Shown in pieces: positions 1 to 11,900 of a stretch of 64,000 nucleotides of DNA. The notes under the pieces are model-generated. The model was given only the letters and a program-made list of their open reading frames with translations, did not search any database and had not been told where the DNA came from. Source of the stretch: an uncultured Planctomycetota bacterium (GTDB lineage Bacteria; Planctomycetota; Planctomycetia; Isosphaerales; Isosphaeraceae); the NCBI GenBank assembly GCA_963823665.1, contig CAWGMQ010000004.1, positions 512,001 through 576,000 on the forward strand, written 5' to 3'. Positions within the stretch are counted from its first letter, which is position 1; every line of letters begins with the position of its first letter. The position numbers were made by a program, and so were the translations under genes.

Positions 1-2
1 AT

Positions 3-458
3 CCTGCAAACGTCACCACCTTCAACTTCGCGATCCATGAAGGCTATAGCGGCTTCAACGAATTCGAGCGCGAGTTCGCCCAGGCCCTCGACAAGACGCA
101 ACGGGTGTGGTTTCGCAACCCGGCGCGCGGCTTGTTCGAGATACCCTTGCTGACACATGGCGGCACCAAGAATTTCAATCCCGATTTCGTCGTGTTTGTC
201 GATAAGGGAATCGTCGCCATCGACACCAAAGGCGACCACCTTATTGTCGAGGACGCCGGCCGCAAGCTGTTCAACATCGAAAAGAGTGGAAGCGGGCCAG
301 ACCTATCAGTCCGCCTTCTGACGCGCGGCGAATGGAACATGCAGCGTGAAAAAACAGGCCCGGAGGGTTTCACAGTCTGGGCGATGCGTCTTGGGCGACC
401 ACATCCGCTCCTGGCGGCTTCCATGGCCGAAGCGATCGCCCTTTGCTTACGGCACTAG
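3..458 (+). CDS. C-terminal PD-(D/E)XK nuclease domain of a type III restriction (Res)-like protein, 5' end outside window
   Basis: Frame open from base 3: ...FNEFEREFAQALD..VWFRNP..NFNPDFVVFVDKGIVAIDTKG. The E..FA / NPDF / (D/E)TKG pattern also occurs at the end of Res at 47721-50699. Confidence 0.7.
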   Translation, partial: PANVTTFNFAIHEGYSGFNEFEREFAQALDKTQRVWFRNPARGLFEIPLLTHGGTKNFNPDFVVFVDKGIVAIDTKGDHLIVEDAGRKLFNIEKSGSGPDLSVRLLTRGEWNMQREKTGPEGFTVWAMRLGRPHPLLAASMAEAIALCLRH

Positions 459-641
459 TTTGCCGCCATTCGAGGACCACCAGAACCCACCACTCACGCG
501 TGTTTCGCCAGAACCTCTCGGTCCCTCCGGGACTGCGTGTGACATCCTTCCTCTCGCCGGTGCATCGCAAGTCCCAATCGCTAGGTTCAGAGAAACCGTG
601 ACGCACCCCAAAGCACGTCAGTCGAGGGCGTCCACGCGCAA

Positions 642-740
642 GGATCAATGGAGAATTCGTCCCTCGGTCCGCCGAGAACTTTCCAGTAACGCCTGGCGGC
701 AGGGCGGCAGCACAAGGACGATGAACCAAGCCCGCCTTGA
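642..740 (+). pseudogene. Decayed 3' tail of a DarB-like methylase-helicase gene (copy A)
   Basis: Ungapped 99-bp match to 1920-2018; translates ENSSLGPPRTFQ*RLAAGRQHKDDEPSPP* versus QNASLDSPPTFQERIFRERQRKDDGPSPP*. Confidence 0.7.
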
Positions 741-799
741 GTCGTCACCGCCTCGCCGGCAGAAGGATGTGTTCAAGCATGTCGTGATCCCGAAGTAGC

Positions 800-827
800 A
801 ACCCCGGCCATATTGACCGGGGTTTTT
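800..827 (+). terminator. Intrinsic terminator-like hairpin
   Basis: AACCCCGG-ccatattga-CCGGGGTT followed by a T run. Confidence 0.55.
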
Positions 828-910
828 CATGCGCGGAGAAATTGCTTGCGCGAAATCAACGGCTGTGGCATGGCTCCGCCGTTACGCCGAGGATCGAGAA
901 AAGAGGTGAA

Positions 911-1525
911 ATGACGCCAAAAGAGCTTGAACGTCTTGGGATTGCCATAACGGGCACAAAAGATTGGATCGCGCCGCTGACAAAGTTAATGGGGCTCAAA
1001 GAGCCTTCCGTTGTCCGTGCATGGTGGACTGGGAAAACTAGCATCACTGCACCAAAGCAACGCAAGCTTTTTCTGCTAGCCGGCCAAGCCGACGCCCCGC
1101 TTATCCCGATTTGTGAAGACACCCGAAATCGGCTTGCCCGGATCATGGCAATGCGAGAACAGGGATATACCTATCCGTCCATTGCACTAGAGCTGAATGT
1201 ATCACGTCAAGCGGTTCATGACCTGGTAACGCGCTATCGGCTTGTGACGCCTATAGAGGAAATGAACAGGCTGCAATGTCCTGTCTGCTCAGAAACCTTT
1301 CAGCCAAAGACGCGAAAGCAAGTGTACTGTTCGAGACGTTGTGGCAAGGGCAGATGGTATTTACTGCATCGTGAATCAACGCCTCGTGATCCCAAGCTTT
1401 GCTTGCGATGTGGAGCGAGTTTTCAGCCAACGCAATCCACAGCAAAGTACTGTTCGCGTCGGTGTCGTAATAACCATCGGGCTATACAGTATCGGCAGCG
1501 GTTAAGGGCAATGGCTGCGCCATAA
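911..1525 (+). CDS. HTH DNA-binding protein with two C-terminal Zn-binding repeats
   Basis: ATG at 911 after GAGGTG; HTH 'GYTYPSIALELNVSRQAVHDLV'; two CxxC-x3-F-x7-YCSRRC motifs. Confidence 0.7.
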   Translation: MTPKELERLGIAITGTKDWIAPLTKLMGLKEPSVVRAWWTGKTSITAPKQRKLFLLAGQADAPLIPICEDTRNRLARIMAMREQGYTYPSIALELNVSRQAVHDLVTRYRLVTPIEEMNRLQCPVCSETFQPKTRKQVYCSRRCGKGRWYLLHRESTPRDPKLCLRCGASFQPTQSTAKYCSRRCRNNHRAIQYRQRLRAMAAP

Positions 1526-1631
1526 CCGGGCCGGTGGCACGGTGTCCGGCTAGCGGGTAAGGTCCTACAGCGGCTTGAAATCCTTCAGTACGTCTTGCAT
1601 GGCAGCGTGTTCATCGAAGAGTTTCGAGTGC

Positions 1632-2018
1632 CTGGCCGAACTGACCACCTTGCGTAACCAGCTCAGGGCAAGCCTTTCCGCCGCCACCCAGGAGCCAGGG
1701 TAAGAGGAGGGGCCGAGCGTTTCCGAACTGTCAGAGCAGATCAAGGCAATCAAGGCCGCCAACACGATTGAGGGCACGCCCCAGCGAGGTGGGCACAAAC
1801 AGTCCTCCGCCGAGGAACCCATCACCGCCCGTATCCGGCGGAGGACGGAGGGGATTTCCGCATCCGATCCCGTGACAGAGTCCGATGCTGCACTGGATGC
1901 CGACGGCATCCCCCTGCCGGGATCGATGCAGAATGCGTCCCTCGATTCGCCGCCGACGTTTCAGGAACGCATTTTCCGTGAGCGGCAACGCAAGGACGAC
2001 GGACCGAGCCCGCCTTGA
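1632..2018 (+). pseudogene. Remnant of the C-terminus of a DarB-like methylase-helicase (copy B)
   Basis: Single frame with TAA at 1701: LAELTTLRNQLRASLS...ELSEQIKAIKAANTIEGTP..SAEEPITARIRRRT, matching EELTALRDQLKTALS...ELAERIQALKSSHTIEATP..AAEAITARIRRRT at ~42070-42290. Confidence 0.85.
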
Positions 2019-2180
2019 GCCCGAGTTGCGGAATTCGTGGGTGAATGACCCCATACCGGTCATCGGCGGCGACGACTGAAGTCTCCGGTGGGCCGATCAC
2101 CGCTCGCGCGGCACCGCCCGCCAGACCAGAGATTCGCCCTGAGGTTTGTAGGAACGTCGGACCGATGCCGCGCGGCTACA

Positions 2181-5060
2181 TCAAGGCGCGAACGGATCGG
2201 CTGGAAACTGGAGGTCGAACACGATGGCTTTGAGGACAGGATCGGACCGAAGCTTCGCCAGGGATGCATCGTTCAAGGGCTGGCCGGCGTCGTCGCGGAG
2301 CTGGGTGATTTGCTCGATGATCCGGCCCAGGTCGGATGTGTCCGTGGGAAGGGTGTTCTTCTCGGGCGGCTTCATTCCGTTGTAGGCGGAAAGGAGTCTG
2401 GTTCGGGCCTCCGTGTACTTCTTTTGAGCGAGCAGGCAGACGCCGAGCCGTAGCTCGGCCAGGAAACGATCCGAGTGAACGGGGAAGTTCTTGATTCGGA
2501 ATGCCGCTTCCTCGCGGCAATAGGGTTCAGCCTGGGAGTATTTTCCCAGCAAGATGAGGATCTGCCCGACGTCCGCGTCACCTTGCGCCGTGACATCGCT
2601 GTCCGGACCCCAGCGGAAGCGTGCGAGCTCCACCGCCTCGATCATCACAGATTCGAGTTTCTTCCAATCGCCTCGGCTGCCATACACGGCCGCAAGAAAG
2701 CTTAACGCAGCCGCTCTGACCTGATGTTTGTCGTTGAGGACGCTACGGGACGCCTCCAGCGCCTCGCCAGCGTATTTCTCCACTTGGTCCATTTTGCCAT
2801 GTTTCATATAGTGCTCTGCGAGCACCGCCATAGTCAAAAGTGTATCGGGATGCTTGTCTCCCAGAACTCGCCTCTGATCTTTGAGGACGTTCTTCAACAG
2901 CGGCTCCGCCTGCGCTGACTTGCCATTCGCCTCGTAAGTCGCCGCTAAGTTGCACCGCGCTCCCAGCGTGTAGGGGTTATCAGTCCCTACCTCCTCGCGC
3001 AATCCTCGGACGATTTCCTCTTCCAATTGCTCGGCCTGGCCTGGTTTCTTCTGGGCGAGGTAGACCGTCGCGAGGTTGTCCATCGTGCGAAGCGTGAGAA
3101 TGTCCCGGTCGCCTCGCGTCCGTCGAAGCCCGTTCACCGTTTGACACAGCAGCGTCTCGGCCTCTGTGGTCTTCTCTAGCTGGTTGTAGAGATTTCCGAC
3201 ATCAGACATCGTCTCTAGCGCCTCAAGGTCGTCCACACCCCTCGTCTTGCGAAGCCCGTCCATCGCTGGAACCAGATACCGCTCGGCTTCGGCCCATTTG
3301 CCATCGTCGGCAAGGAGAACCCCCAGGCTGTGCAACGCGCTAAACGTCTCGGGATCGTCGACGCCGAGTGTCCTGCGGCGCAAATCAATCGCACGCTCCA
3401 GATGAGCTCGCGCTTGGGAAAAGAGGCCAAGCTGATGATAGGTCTCTCCGATCGTTTGACGAATCGATGCCTCGACTAGTGGTTGGGCTGCGAATCGGTT
3501 CCCTATCGCAGCCGCTGCACGGTCCAGGGCCGTGCGGACCTTCAAGTCGGGGTCGGGCGTCGAATCGCGCGTGGCCTGGTTGCTCACGCTGGCCTGGGCG
3601 AGCATGTCTTTTCGAAGGAACTCAATGACGGCCTTGAACCTGTTCGCCTCCAACTCAGCCTGATCGCGTTGATGGCGAGTTGCTGCCTCGGCCCGGATCG
3701 CGCGGATGGCGAGCGTGGTGCTCACGCCGGTGCCCATGAGCAGACTCATGAGGACCGCGGCGGAAAGCGCCGCCACCCACGGGTTACGCCGGCTCCAACG
3801 CCGTAGGCGCCCAGCCGGTCCCACGGGCCGTGCCGTGATCGGCTGGTCATCAAGGAACCGTCGCAAATCCCCCGCGAGGAGCTCCGCGCTCACGTACCTC
3901 TTGTTCGGCTCTTTGTCCAGGCATTTTAGGCAGATCGTCTCCAGGTCGCGCGGGATATCTGGCCGCGATTGTTTCGGAGGAACGGGCTCCGTCGAGCAAA
4001 CCAGTCTTAGGGTCTCGATCTGCGTATCGCCTAGGAATGGCGGCCGTCCGGTTAGCGCCTCGTATAAAATGGCCCCGAGCGCGTAAACGTCGGCGGCCGG
4101 ACCGACATCTTTTGAGCGGCCCTCAGCCTGTTCGGGGGCCATGTAGCTGGGAGTCCCGACCACCTGGCCGGACTGGGTGCGTCCTGAACCACCCCCCAAA
4201 AGCTTGGCCAGCCCAAAATCGGCGACCTTGGGAACGCCCTCGGTGGTAAGGAGGATGTTGCTGGGCTTCAAATCCCGGTGCACGATCCCGGCCTTGTGAG
4301 CAGCATGCACCGCGCCGGCCAGGGTTTCAAGCAGCTCGGCGGATCGACGCATGGCCATCGGCTTATCGGCAAGTTGTTTCTTGAGATCGCCGCCGTCGAC
4401 AAATTCCTGGACGAAATAGGGACGACCTTGGTGTTCGCCTATCTCGTGAACTGTGATGATGTTCGGATGCTGGAGTCGGGCCGCCGCTCGGGCTTCGTCC
4501 AGGAATCGGCCCGATTGGCTGGGCTTCGTCGGCTCGAGCTCGGTGATGGTCTTAAGCGCCACCACGCGGCCCAGCCGGGTATTCCGGGCCTTGTAGACGA
4601 CGCCCATGCCTCCTTGGCCGATAACTCCGATCAATTCGTATCCGGGGAAGGAAGGGAATGAGCCTCGGTCGTCGGCGCCTGCCGCGTCCACCACCGTCGA
4701 GGCGCCGGCTTCATCTGCGGGCCATCCACCATTTTCATCCCTGGGAGGCTCTGTCGCTGCCTCCGCCGATTGCATCGCCTCGTCAGCCGCAAACTGTGCG
4801 ATAATCAGCAGTTTTGACAAGAAGGGGAACCGCCTGATAAACTCTTCGGGCTGAGGCCGTTCGCCTAACTCTCGTCGGAGGAGGAACTCGTGGTAAATGA
4901 TATCCAAGGCGGCATCGGGATTGTTACGTAAAGCCGGGAATCGCTCGAAGTATTCTTCGGCGGCTGGCCGATCGCCCCGGCCCCAGCGGACATTTTGCTC
5001 ATCAAGGACGGCGTCGAGGAGCGGTTGACCATCGAGATTCGGGCTCCCGTTGCTATCCAT
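2181..5060 (-). CDS. Membrane-anchored Hanks-type Ser/Thr kinase with TPR repeats
   Basis: IGQGGMGVVY, VALK, HRDLKPSN, DFG, GTPSYMAPE motifs; TM helix (WVAALSAAVLMSLLMG); kinesin-light-chain-like TPR repeats; directly downstream of an ECF sigma. Confidence 0.95.
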   Translation of the reverse strand: MDSNGSPNLDGQPLLDAVLDEQNVRWGRGDRPAAEEYFERFPALRNNPDAALDIIYHEFLLRRELGERPQPEEFIRRFPFLSKLLIIAQFAADEAMQSAEAATEPPRDENGGWPADEAGASTVVDAAGADDRGSFPSFPGYELIGVIGQGGMGVVYKARNTRLGRVVALKTITELEPTKPSQSGRFLDEARAAARLQHPNIITVHEIGEHQGRPYFVQEFVDGGDLKKQLADKPMAMRRSAELLETLAGAVHAAHKAGIVHRDLKPSNILLTTEGVPKVADFGLAKLLGGGSGRTQSGQVVGTPSYMAPEQAEGRSKDVGPAADVYALGAILYEALTGRPPFLGDTQIETLRLVCSTEPVPPKQSRPDIPRDLETICLKCLDKEPNKRYVSAELLAGDLRRFLDDQPITARPVGPAGRLRRWSRRNPWVAALSAAVLMSLLMGTGVSTTLAIRAIRAEAATRHQRDQAELEANRFKAVIEFLRKDMLAQASVSNQATRDSTPDPDLKVRTALDRAAAAIGNRFAAQPLVEASIRQTIGETYHQLGLFSQARAHLERAIDLRRRTLGVDDPETFSALHSLGVLLADDGKWAEAERYLVPAMDGLRKTRGVDDLEALETMSDVGNLYNQLEKTTEAETLLCQTVNGLRRTRGDRDILTLRTMDNLATVYLAQKKPGQAEQLEEEIVRGLREEVGTDNPYTLGARCNLAATYEANGKSAQAEPLLKNVLKDQRRVLGDKHPDTLLTMAVLAEHYMKHGKMDQVEKYAGEALEASRSVLNDKHQVRAAALSFLAAVYGSRGDWKKLESVMIEAVELARFRWGPDSDVTAQGDADVGQILILLGKYSQAEPYCREEAAFRIKNFPVHSDRFLAELRLGVCLLAQKKYTEARTRLLSAYNGMKPPEKNTLPTDTSDLGRIIEQITQLRDDAGQPLNDASLAKLRSDPVLKAIVFDLQFPADPFAP

Positions 5061-5098
5061 ATGCGCTCGCTCCGAGGCCGATCTTGCGGTGACTCATG

Positions 5099-5692
5099 TC
5101 AGCCAGCGTTCAACGCCTTCATGGACGGAATGTTCCTGACGCGTTTGATGGCCCGTTCGAGCCGCCTACGCAGGGTGTCGGCGTCGACACCGAGCTGAGC
5201 GGCGATCACGGGCCAGGTTTGACCGTCGAGTCTTCGCTGCACGATTTCCAACTCATCCTCGGAAAAATGTCTAAGGATGGCTTCGGCAAGATCCTGGTCG
5301 TCGATGGGTTTTTCGGGGCTCGGACCGGAGTCAGCCTGATCGGGCGGTGAGCCTTCGTCCATGACTTCGCGGAGGATCACGCTTAATCTCCGGCCTTCCG
5401 TGGCAATCTTAAACCGGCTCATGATTCGTAGAAGGTTTTGCAGTTGTGCTGGTTGATTCAGCTCGAACCGCCCTTCCTTTAGACCGACGAAGAGGCTCTT
5501 GAAGACCGACTGGCAGATATCGGAAGACCCGAGGCGCGAACGGATCTTCCTGTAGTTAGTCTGCTTCCGCATCGCAAATCGCACCACCCGCAGGACGAAC
5601 GGCTCAAATATCCGCGCGAACTGGGTCCAGGCGTCCTGGTCGCCGGAACGCACGCGGACGATGAGATCCTGGAACTGGTCTTCTGGGGGCAT
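5099..5692 (-). CDS. ECF sigma factor, kinase-associated planctomycete type
   Basis: 'RVRSGDQDAW', 'SDICQSVFKSLF', region-4 HTH 'WPVIAAQLGVDADTLRRRLER'; probably co-transcribed with the kinase. Start could be the GTG at 5704. Confidence 0.88.
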   Translation of the reverse strand: MPPEDQFQDLIVRVRSGDQDAWTQFARIFEPFVLRVVRFAMRKQTNYRKIRSRLGSSDICQSVFKSLFVGLKEGRFELNQPAQLQNLLRIMSRFKIATEGRRLSVILREVMDEGSPPDQADSGPSPEKPIDDQDLAEAILRHFSEDELEIVQRRLDGQTWPVIAAQLGVDADTLRRRLERAIKRVRNIPSMKALNAG

Positions 5693-5968
5693 TGGCGACT
5701 CCACGCATGCGTCGGCCTTTTCGGATTTTTCTTGTTCGGATTGAAAGACTCAGCGCGGTATTAAAGAAGACACTCCAAGAAAAATGGAAGAACCCGATGA
5801 CCGACTGCTTCATATTGGAGCCGCCCGGATCGAGCGTGGTCAAGGCTTCGCAAACAATCGGGCAAGGAATTGGCGAAGCCGGGCTTGCCGCCACGCCTGG
5901 GATAAGGAAACAACCGAAGCTCTGTCTCTCTCAGATCGACGCCTTGATCAGCAGCAGAGGTATGCAAC

Positions 5969-8900
5969 ATGTCGAAAAGATTCTGGAAGCGCTTTCTAGG
6001 CGGTAGAGGTATCGAAAGTCACCGACCCCGCTCGCACGTCTGGCTTCCTGTCCTAGAAACGCTGGAATTCCGAAGACTATTGGCGACGGCCTCATGGGTC
6101 TCCGCGACCAGCGGCTCCTGGGACGTCGCAAGCAACTGGAGCACCGACGCGGTACCAGGTCCAACCGACGACGTCGTGATCGATGTCTCGGGCGCGAGCC
6201 CAACTGTGACGATCGCCTCGAACGTCGAATCGGTGAACAGCATCACGGCCGACGATCCGCTGGTCATCTCCGGCGGCGGTTTGACGGTCGCGGCCAACTC
6301 GACGATCAGCGGCGGATTGACCATGACGGGCGGATCGCTCACGGCCGACGGCTCAGGAGTCAATGTCACCGTCAACGGGACGACGAGCGTCTCCGGCGCA
6401 AACCTCGGTGCGCAGGGCGGGGCGACGCTGAGTTTACCGAACCTGACGACTTATACCCAAGGCGGGAACGCGACTTTTGAGGCGACAGGTGCCAACAGCT
6501 TGCTCAACCTGTCGGCCCTCGCGACCGTGGGGTCGTTATTCGGTTGGACTGTCGACGCACTGGCCGGCGGCACGGTGAACCTGTCGGGGCTGAGTACGAT
6601 TGATGATCCCGGCGCCAACATTCATTTCGGAGCCAACGGCACCGGCAGTCAGCTCAACCTCTCGGCACTCACCAGCTTTACGGGCAGTAACGATACAGAT
6701 TTGGCGGTCACCGGCAGCGGCACGGTCACGGCGAGCGGCCTGACGACCTTCAGCGGTGTCCAGATCACGCTTGACGGCACCGGCGTGGTGGCTACCAGCC
6801 AGTGGGTGAGCTTGACCGGCGGTGGCAGCCTCACGGTGACCGGCGGTTCGTACTCGTTTCCAGACCTGACGGATGTAAGCGGATCGAGCCTCGTCGCCGA
6901 GGGCGGGGCGACGCTGAGTTTACCGAACCTGACGACTTATACCCAAGGCGGGAACGCGACTTTTGAGGCGACAGGTGCCAACAGCTTGCTCAACCTGTCG
7001 GCCCTCGCGACCGTGGGGTCGTTATTCGGTTGGACTGTCGACGCACTGGCCGGCGGCACGGTGAACCTGTCGGGGCTGAGTACGATTGATGATCCCGGCG
7101 CCAACATTCATTTCGGAGCCAACGGCACCGGCAGTCAGCTCAACCTCTCGGCACTCACCAGCTTTACGGGCAGTAACGATACAGATTTGGCGGTCACCGG
7201 CAGCGGCACGGTCACGGCGAGCGGCCTGACGACCTTCAGCGGTGTCCAGATCACGCTTGACGGCACCGGCGTGGTGGCTACCAGCCAGTGGGTGAGCTTG
7301 ACCGGCGGTGGCAGCCTCACGGTGACCGGCGGTTCGTACTCGTTTCCAGACCTGACGGATGTAAGCGGATCGAGCCTCGTCGCCGAGGGCGGGGCGACGC
7401 TGAGTTTACCGAACCTGACGACTTATACCCAAGGCGGGAACGCGACTTTTGAGGCGACAGGTGCCAACAGCTTGCTCAACCTGTCGGCCCTCGCGACCGT
7501 GGGGTCGTTATTCGGTTGGACTGTCGACGCACTGGCCGGCGGCACTGTGAACCTGTCGGGGCTGAGTACGATTGATGATCCCGGCGCCAACATTCATTTC
7601 GGAGCCAACGGCACCGGCAGTCAGCTCAACCTCTCGGCACTCACCAGCTTTACGGGCAGTAACGATTCAGATTTGGCGGTCACCGGCAGCGGCACGGTGC
7701 TCGACGGCAGCCTGACCAGCCTGAACGGCACCAACTTGACCCTCGACGGCACGGGCACGATCGCCACCTCGCAGATCACCAGTTACACCAGCGGTACGCT
7801 AACCTTCAGTAACGGCACGTTAGATATGCCAGGTCTGACTGACGCCGCCGGATTAACCTTCAACATCAGCGGCGAGACCACGCTGCAATTGAGCTCCCTC
7901 GCCGGCGCGACGTTGGACGCGACCGGCGGAACGATTACTCTGCCGGGCCTCACGAACGCCGACGGGTCCGCCATCAATGTCAGCGGCGGCGCGAGTCTCG
8001 CTTTGCCAGCTCCCACTGAATTCACTGGAGCCGGTACAACCGCCGCAGTCAGCGGCAGCGGGTCCTCAATCTCGATAGGAAACGGGATTGTCACCTCCAT
8101 ACCGAACTCTGGGACGGACGTCGTACTCAACGTTCCCCAGTTTCCTCAGGGCATGGCCCTCAATTTCGATCCGACCGGCACGTTCACGGGCGAAACGACC
8201 TTCAACGTCGGTACCGACGCGACCGTCGACATTGCAAGCGGGACTTTCAGCGGTGGCGTCACCGGCAACTTGGCCCAGGGTGGCGTTCTCGACCTCACCG
8301 GTGGCCAGACCATCACATACTCCGGAACCCTCACGGGTTCAGGGAGCGGAACAGTCCAGTTGAACAGCGGCACATTCGTCGTCGGTATCGGCGGCGTCAC
8401 GTTGAACTTCCCCGGCAGCATGTTCCAGTGGACCGGCGGCGAAATCGACGGAGCAGGAGGCCTGCTGACCAACCAGGGTACCATGAACCTGGCCGGTCCC
8501 AATGAGAAGCAAATCTACGCCGATGGCACCCTCGATAATTTCGGAACCATCATCCAGACTGGCGCCGGCGACTTTGGCCTGCACAGCGACAACCAAGTCG
8601 CCCACCACGCTGAATAACGAGCCAGGCGGCCTTTATCTCATCGAGTCCGACGCCGGTGTGAACAACGAAGGCCTCGGCGATAACGTCATCAGCAACATGG
8701 GCACCATCCGCAAGACGGCGGGAACCGGGACGTCGACCCTGGATATCCCCGAGCAAGGGTCTTTGAGCAATACCGGAACGATCGAGGCCGACTCGGGAAC
8801 GTTGTATCTTGAGGCGACCACGATCGACCAGGTCTCTGCGGGAACGCTCTCCAGCGGCACCTGGAGCGCCCTCGGCGGATCGACCCTTGAATTCCCCAGC

Positions 8901-11900
8901 GGGACCTCGATCACCGCCAACCAGGCGAATATCACGCTCGACGGCACGGGCGCGACGATCACGGCTCTGGTTGGCCTCTCGTCGAACAGCGGCGGTTTCA
9001 GTGTCACCAACGGCGCCACCTTCTCCACCACTGGCGGCCTCAACAACACCGGCGGCTTGACGATTGGCGCCGGCAGCACGTTGACCGTGAATGGCAAGTA
9101 CGCGCAAGGCACCGCCGCTTCACTCACGATTGGCATCGGGGGCGCCTCGTCGGGCAATGAGTACGGCCAGCTCAACGTCACAGGAGCTGCCACGCTCGCC
9201 GGATCGGTGAATGCCTCAATGGCCAGCGGCTTCACTCCTACAGCCGGGAATAGCTATCCGATCGTTACCTACGCCAGCGAGACTGGCGCCAACAGCCTTT
9301 CGTTCACCGGCGTCAACAGCGGCAGCCTGTCCATCTTCCAGCCGGTCGTTGGCCAAACCAGCATCGTGCTCAACACCACCGTCAGCCCCGCCAACCTTGT
9401 CGTGCAGCCGTTCACTGTCCCAGCGAACGCCGTCGTGGGCCAGAACCTCACGGTGACGTACCAGGTCGACAACCAGAGCGACAACGCCGTGACCGGCACC
9501 TGGACGGACTCGGTTTACCTGTCGACGCAGACGACGCTCAATTCGAGCTCTGTCCTTCTTGGCCGGGTGCAACAGACCGGCGTCGCAGCAGACGGCCAAT
9601 ACTCCCAGACGGTTACAGCGCCGGTGCCTGGTCTGGTGCCGGACGACTACTACGTCATTGTCCTCGCCGACAGCCTTGGCCTCGTGCCGGAGCTCAACCG
9701 CGCCAGCACGGAGCTGGCGTCGACCAGTCCCGTGCAGGTCACGCTGCCCACGCTCGCGTTGGCAAGCCCGATATCGGGCACGATCGCCAGCGGACAGAGC
9801 CTCTATTATCAACTCACACTTTCGGCCGGCCAGGATGTCGCGATTTCCGCCAACTTCGCGGCGCTGCAAGGCGGCGAACTCTATGTCGGGTACCAGAGCA
9901 TCCCATCGAGCAGCACGAACCTGGTGTCGTCGACGTCGCCAACGCAGACCACACAGCAGGTCGTCATTCCCGACACGCAGGCTGGCACGTACGACATCCT
10001 CGTCCAGGGCGATACCGGCTCGGGGACCGGAGCATCATTCACGCTCTCGGCGCAGACCTTGCCGCTCCAAGTCGCCAGCGTTGGCCCGAACCAGGCCGGC
10101 GATTCGGGGACGACCACGCTGACCATCCAGGGCGCCGAGTTCACCGCCGGGACGACGGTCAGCCTCGTTCCGCACGGCGGCGGCACGGCCATCATGGCGA
10201 ACCAGGTGACGTTCCAGTCCAGCACGACCTTCTTTGCACAGTTCAATCTGGCGGGGGCGGCGCCGGGGAGTTATGACGTCGATGTCACGAGCGGCGTTCA
10301 GAAGGCAACTGACCCCTCGTCGTTCACCGTGACGAGCTCGGCAACGCCAGGCCATGTCACGTACAACCTGAGCATTCCGTCGATTTCGCGCCCCGGCCGC
10401 ATCGCCTATCTCTCGCTCTCCTACGGCAACAGCGGCGGCTCCGACGCGCTGGCGCCACTCTTTGTACTGTCGGTCACGAGCGGCAACGCCACGATCGGAC
10501 TGCCGGGGGAGACCAGCTTCTCGGGATCGAGCGTTCAGGTGCTTGGCATCGAAAACTCCGGGCCGGCCGGCACGCTGCCGCCCGGTTTCCAAGGGACGCT
10601 CTTGATCCCTTATGAATCGACCACCCTCACGCAGGGCGCTTCGATCCAGTTCAGCTTGCAGATCTTGACCGGCGACAGTACGGCGATGAACTGGTCGTCG
10701 CTGGAATCGAGCCTCCAGCCGTCGTATATACCGAATGCCGCCTGGTCGGCCGTCTTCGCCAACCTGATCGCGGAGCTCGGTTCGACGACCGAGAGCTACC
10801 TGAGCTATCTCGACAACGAGGCGACGTACCTGAGCCAGCTCGGCGAATACACCGACGACGTTCAGCGCCTGTTTGGCTTCGCGATCAACACGGCCAACGA
10901 CGCACTCACGACCGGAGCGATCGATTCGGTCACCGACGCCTCATTTCCCGTCCCCGGTGCGATCCCGCTCGATTTCGTCCGCCAATTCAACGCCTCGATC
11001 TCAGGCCGCGACACGATGGGGCCGTTTGGCTACGGATGGACCGACAACTGGCAGATCAGCGCCAGCGCCGATAGCGCGGGCAACGTCACGATCAGCGACG
11101 ACGGCTCGCTTTTGTACTTCGCGATCAACTCCAACGGCGGGTACACGCCTGCCCCCGGCGATTACGGCACGCTCACGCTGACCAACGGCGCCTACCAGTA
11201 CGTTGAAACCGACGGCACGATCATCGCGTTCAACACGAATGGCTCGCTCGGTGAAGAGGAAGACACCAACGGCAACCGGATCACGGCCGGATATAACGGT
11301 AGCGGCGACCTCACCAGCCTGACGGCTTCCAACGGCTCGGCGACCACGATCGACTACAACGCTCAGGGCCTGATCAGTTCGATCACCGAACCGGGCAATC
11401 AGTCGAACACGTACACCTACGATTCCAGCGGCCAGCATCTGCTCACGTTTACTGATGAATTTGGCATGACGACCTACACCTACGCGACCGGCCCGACCGC
11501 GGCGGATGCCAACGCCCTGACCTCACTCACCTTCGCCGACGGCACCGGCATCGAGTGGTCGTACGACGCCCAAGGCCGCATCGCGACCACCGGCCGTCTC
11601 AACGGCTCGGGGCCTGATGCCGAGGTTGAAACCTACGCCTACCCGGCTCCGGGCGGCTACAGCGTCACTGATGCCGACGGCAACACGACGACCCATCTCA
11701 TCGACGATGCCGGCAATTGTTGCACAATTATCGACCCCATGGGCAACATTACCGAGTATGTCTTCGACGCTAACGATAACTTGGTCAAGATCGTCGCCGC
11801 CGATGCGGCAACCACGACCTATACCTACGACGCCAATGGTAACGTGACCGGCGAGACTGATGCCCTCGGTAACACGATCGAATTCACCTACAACCGGTTC

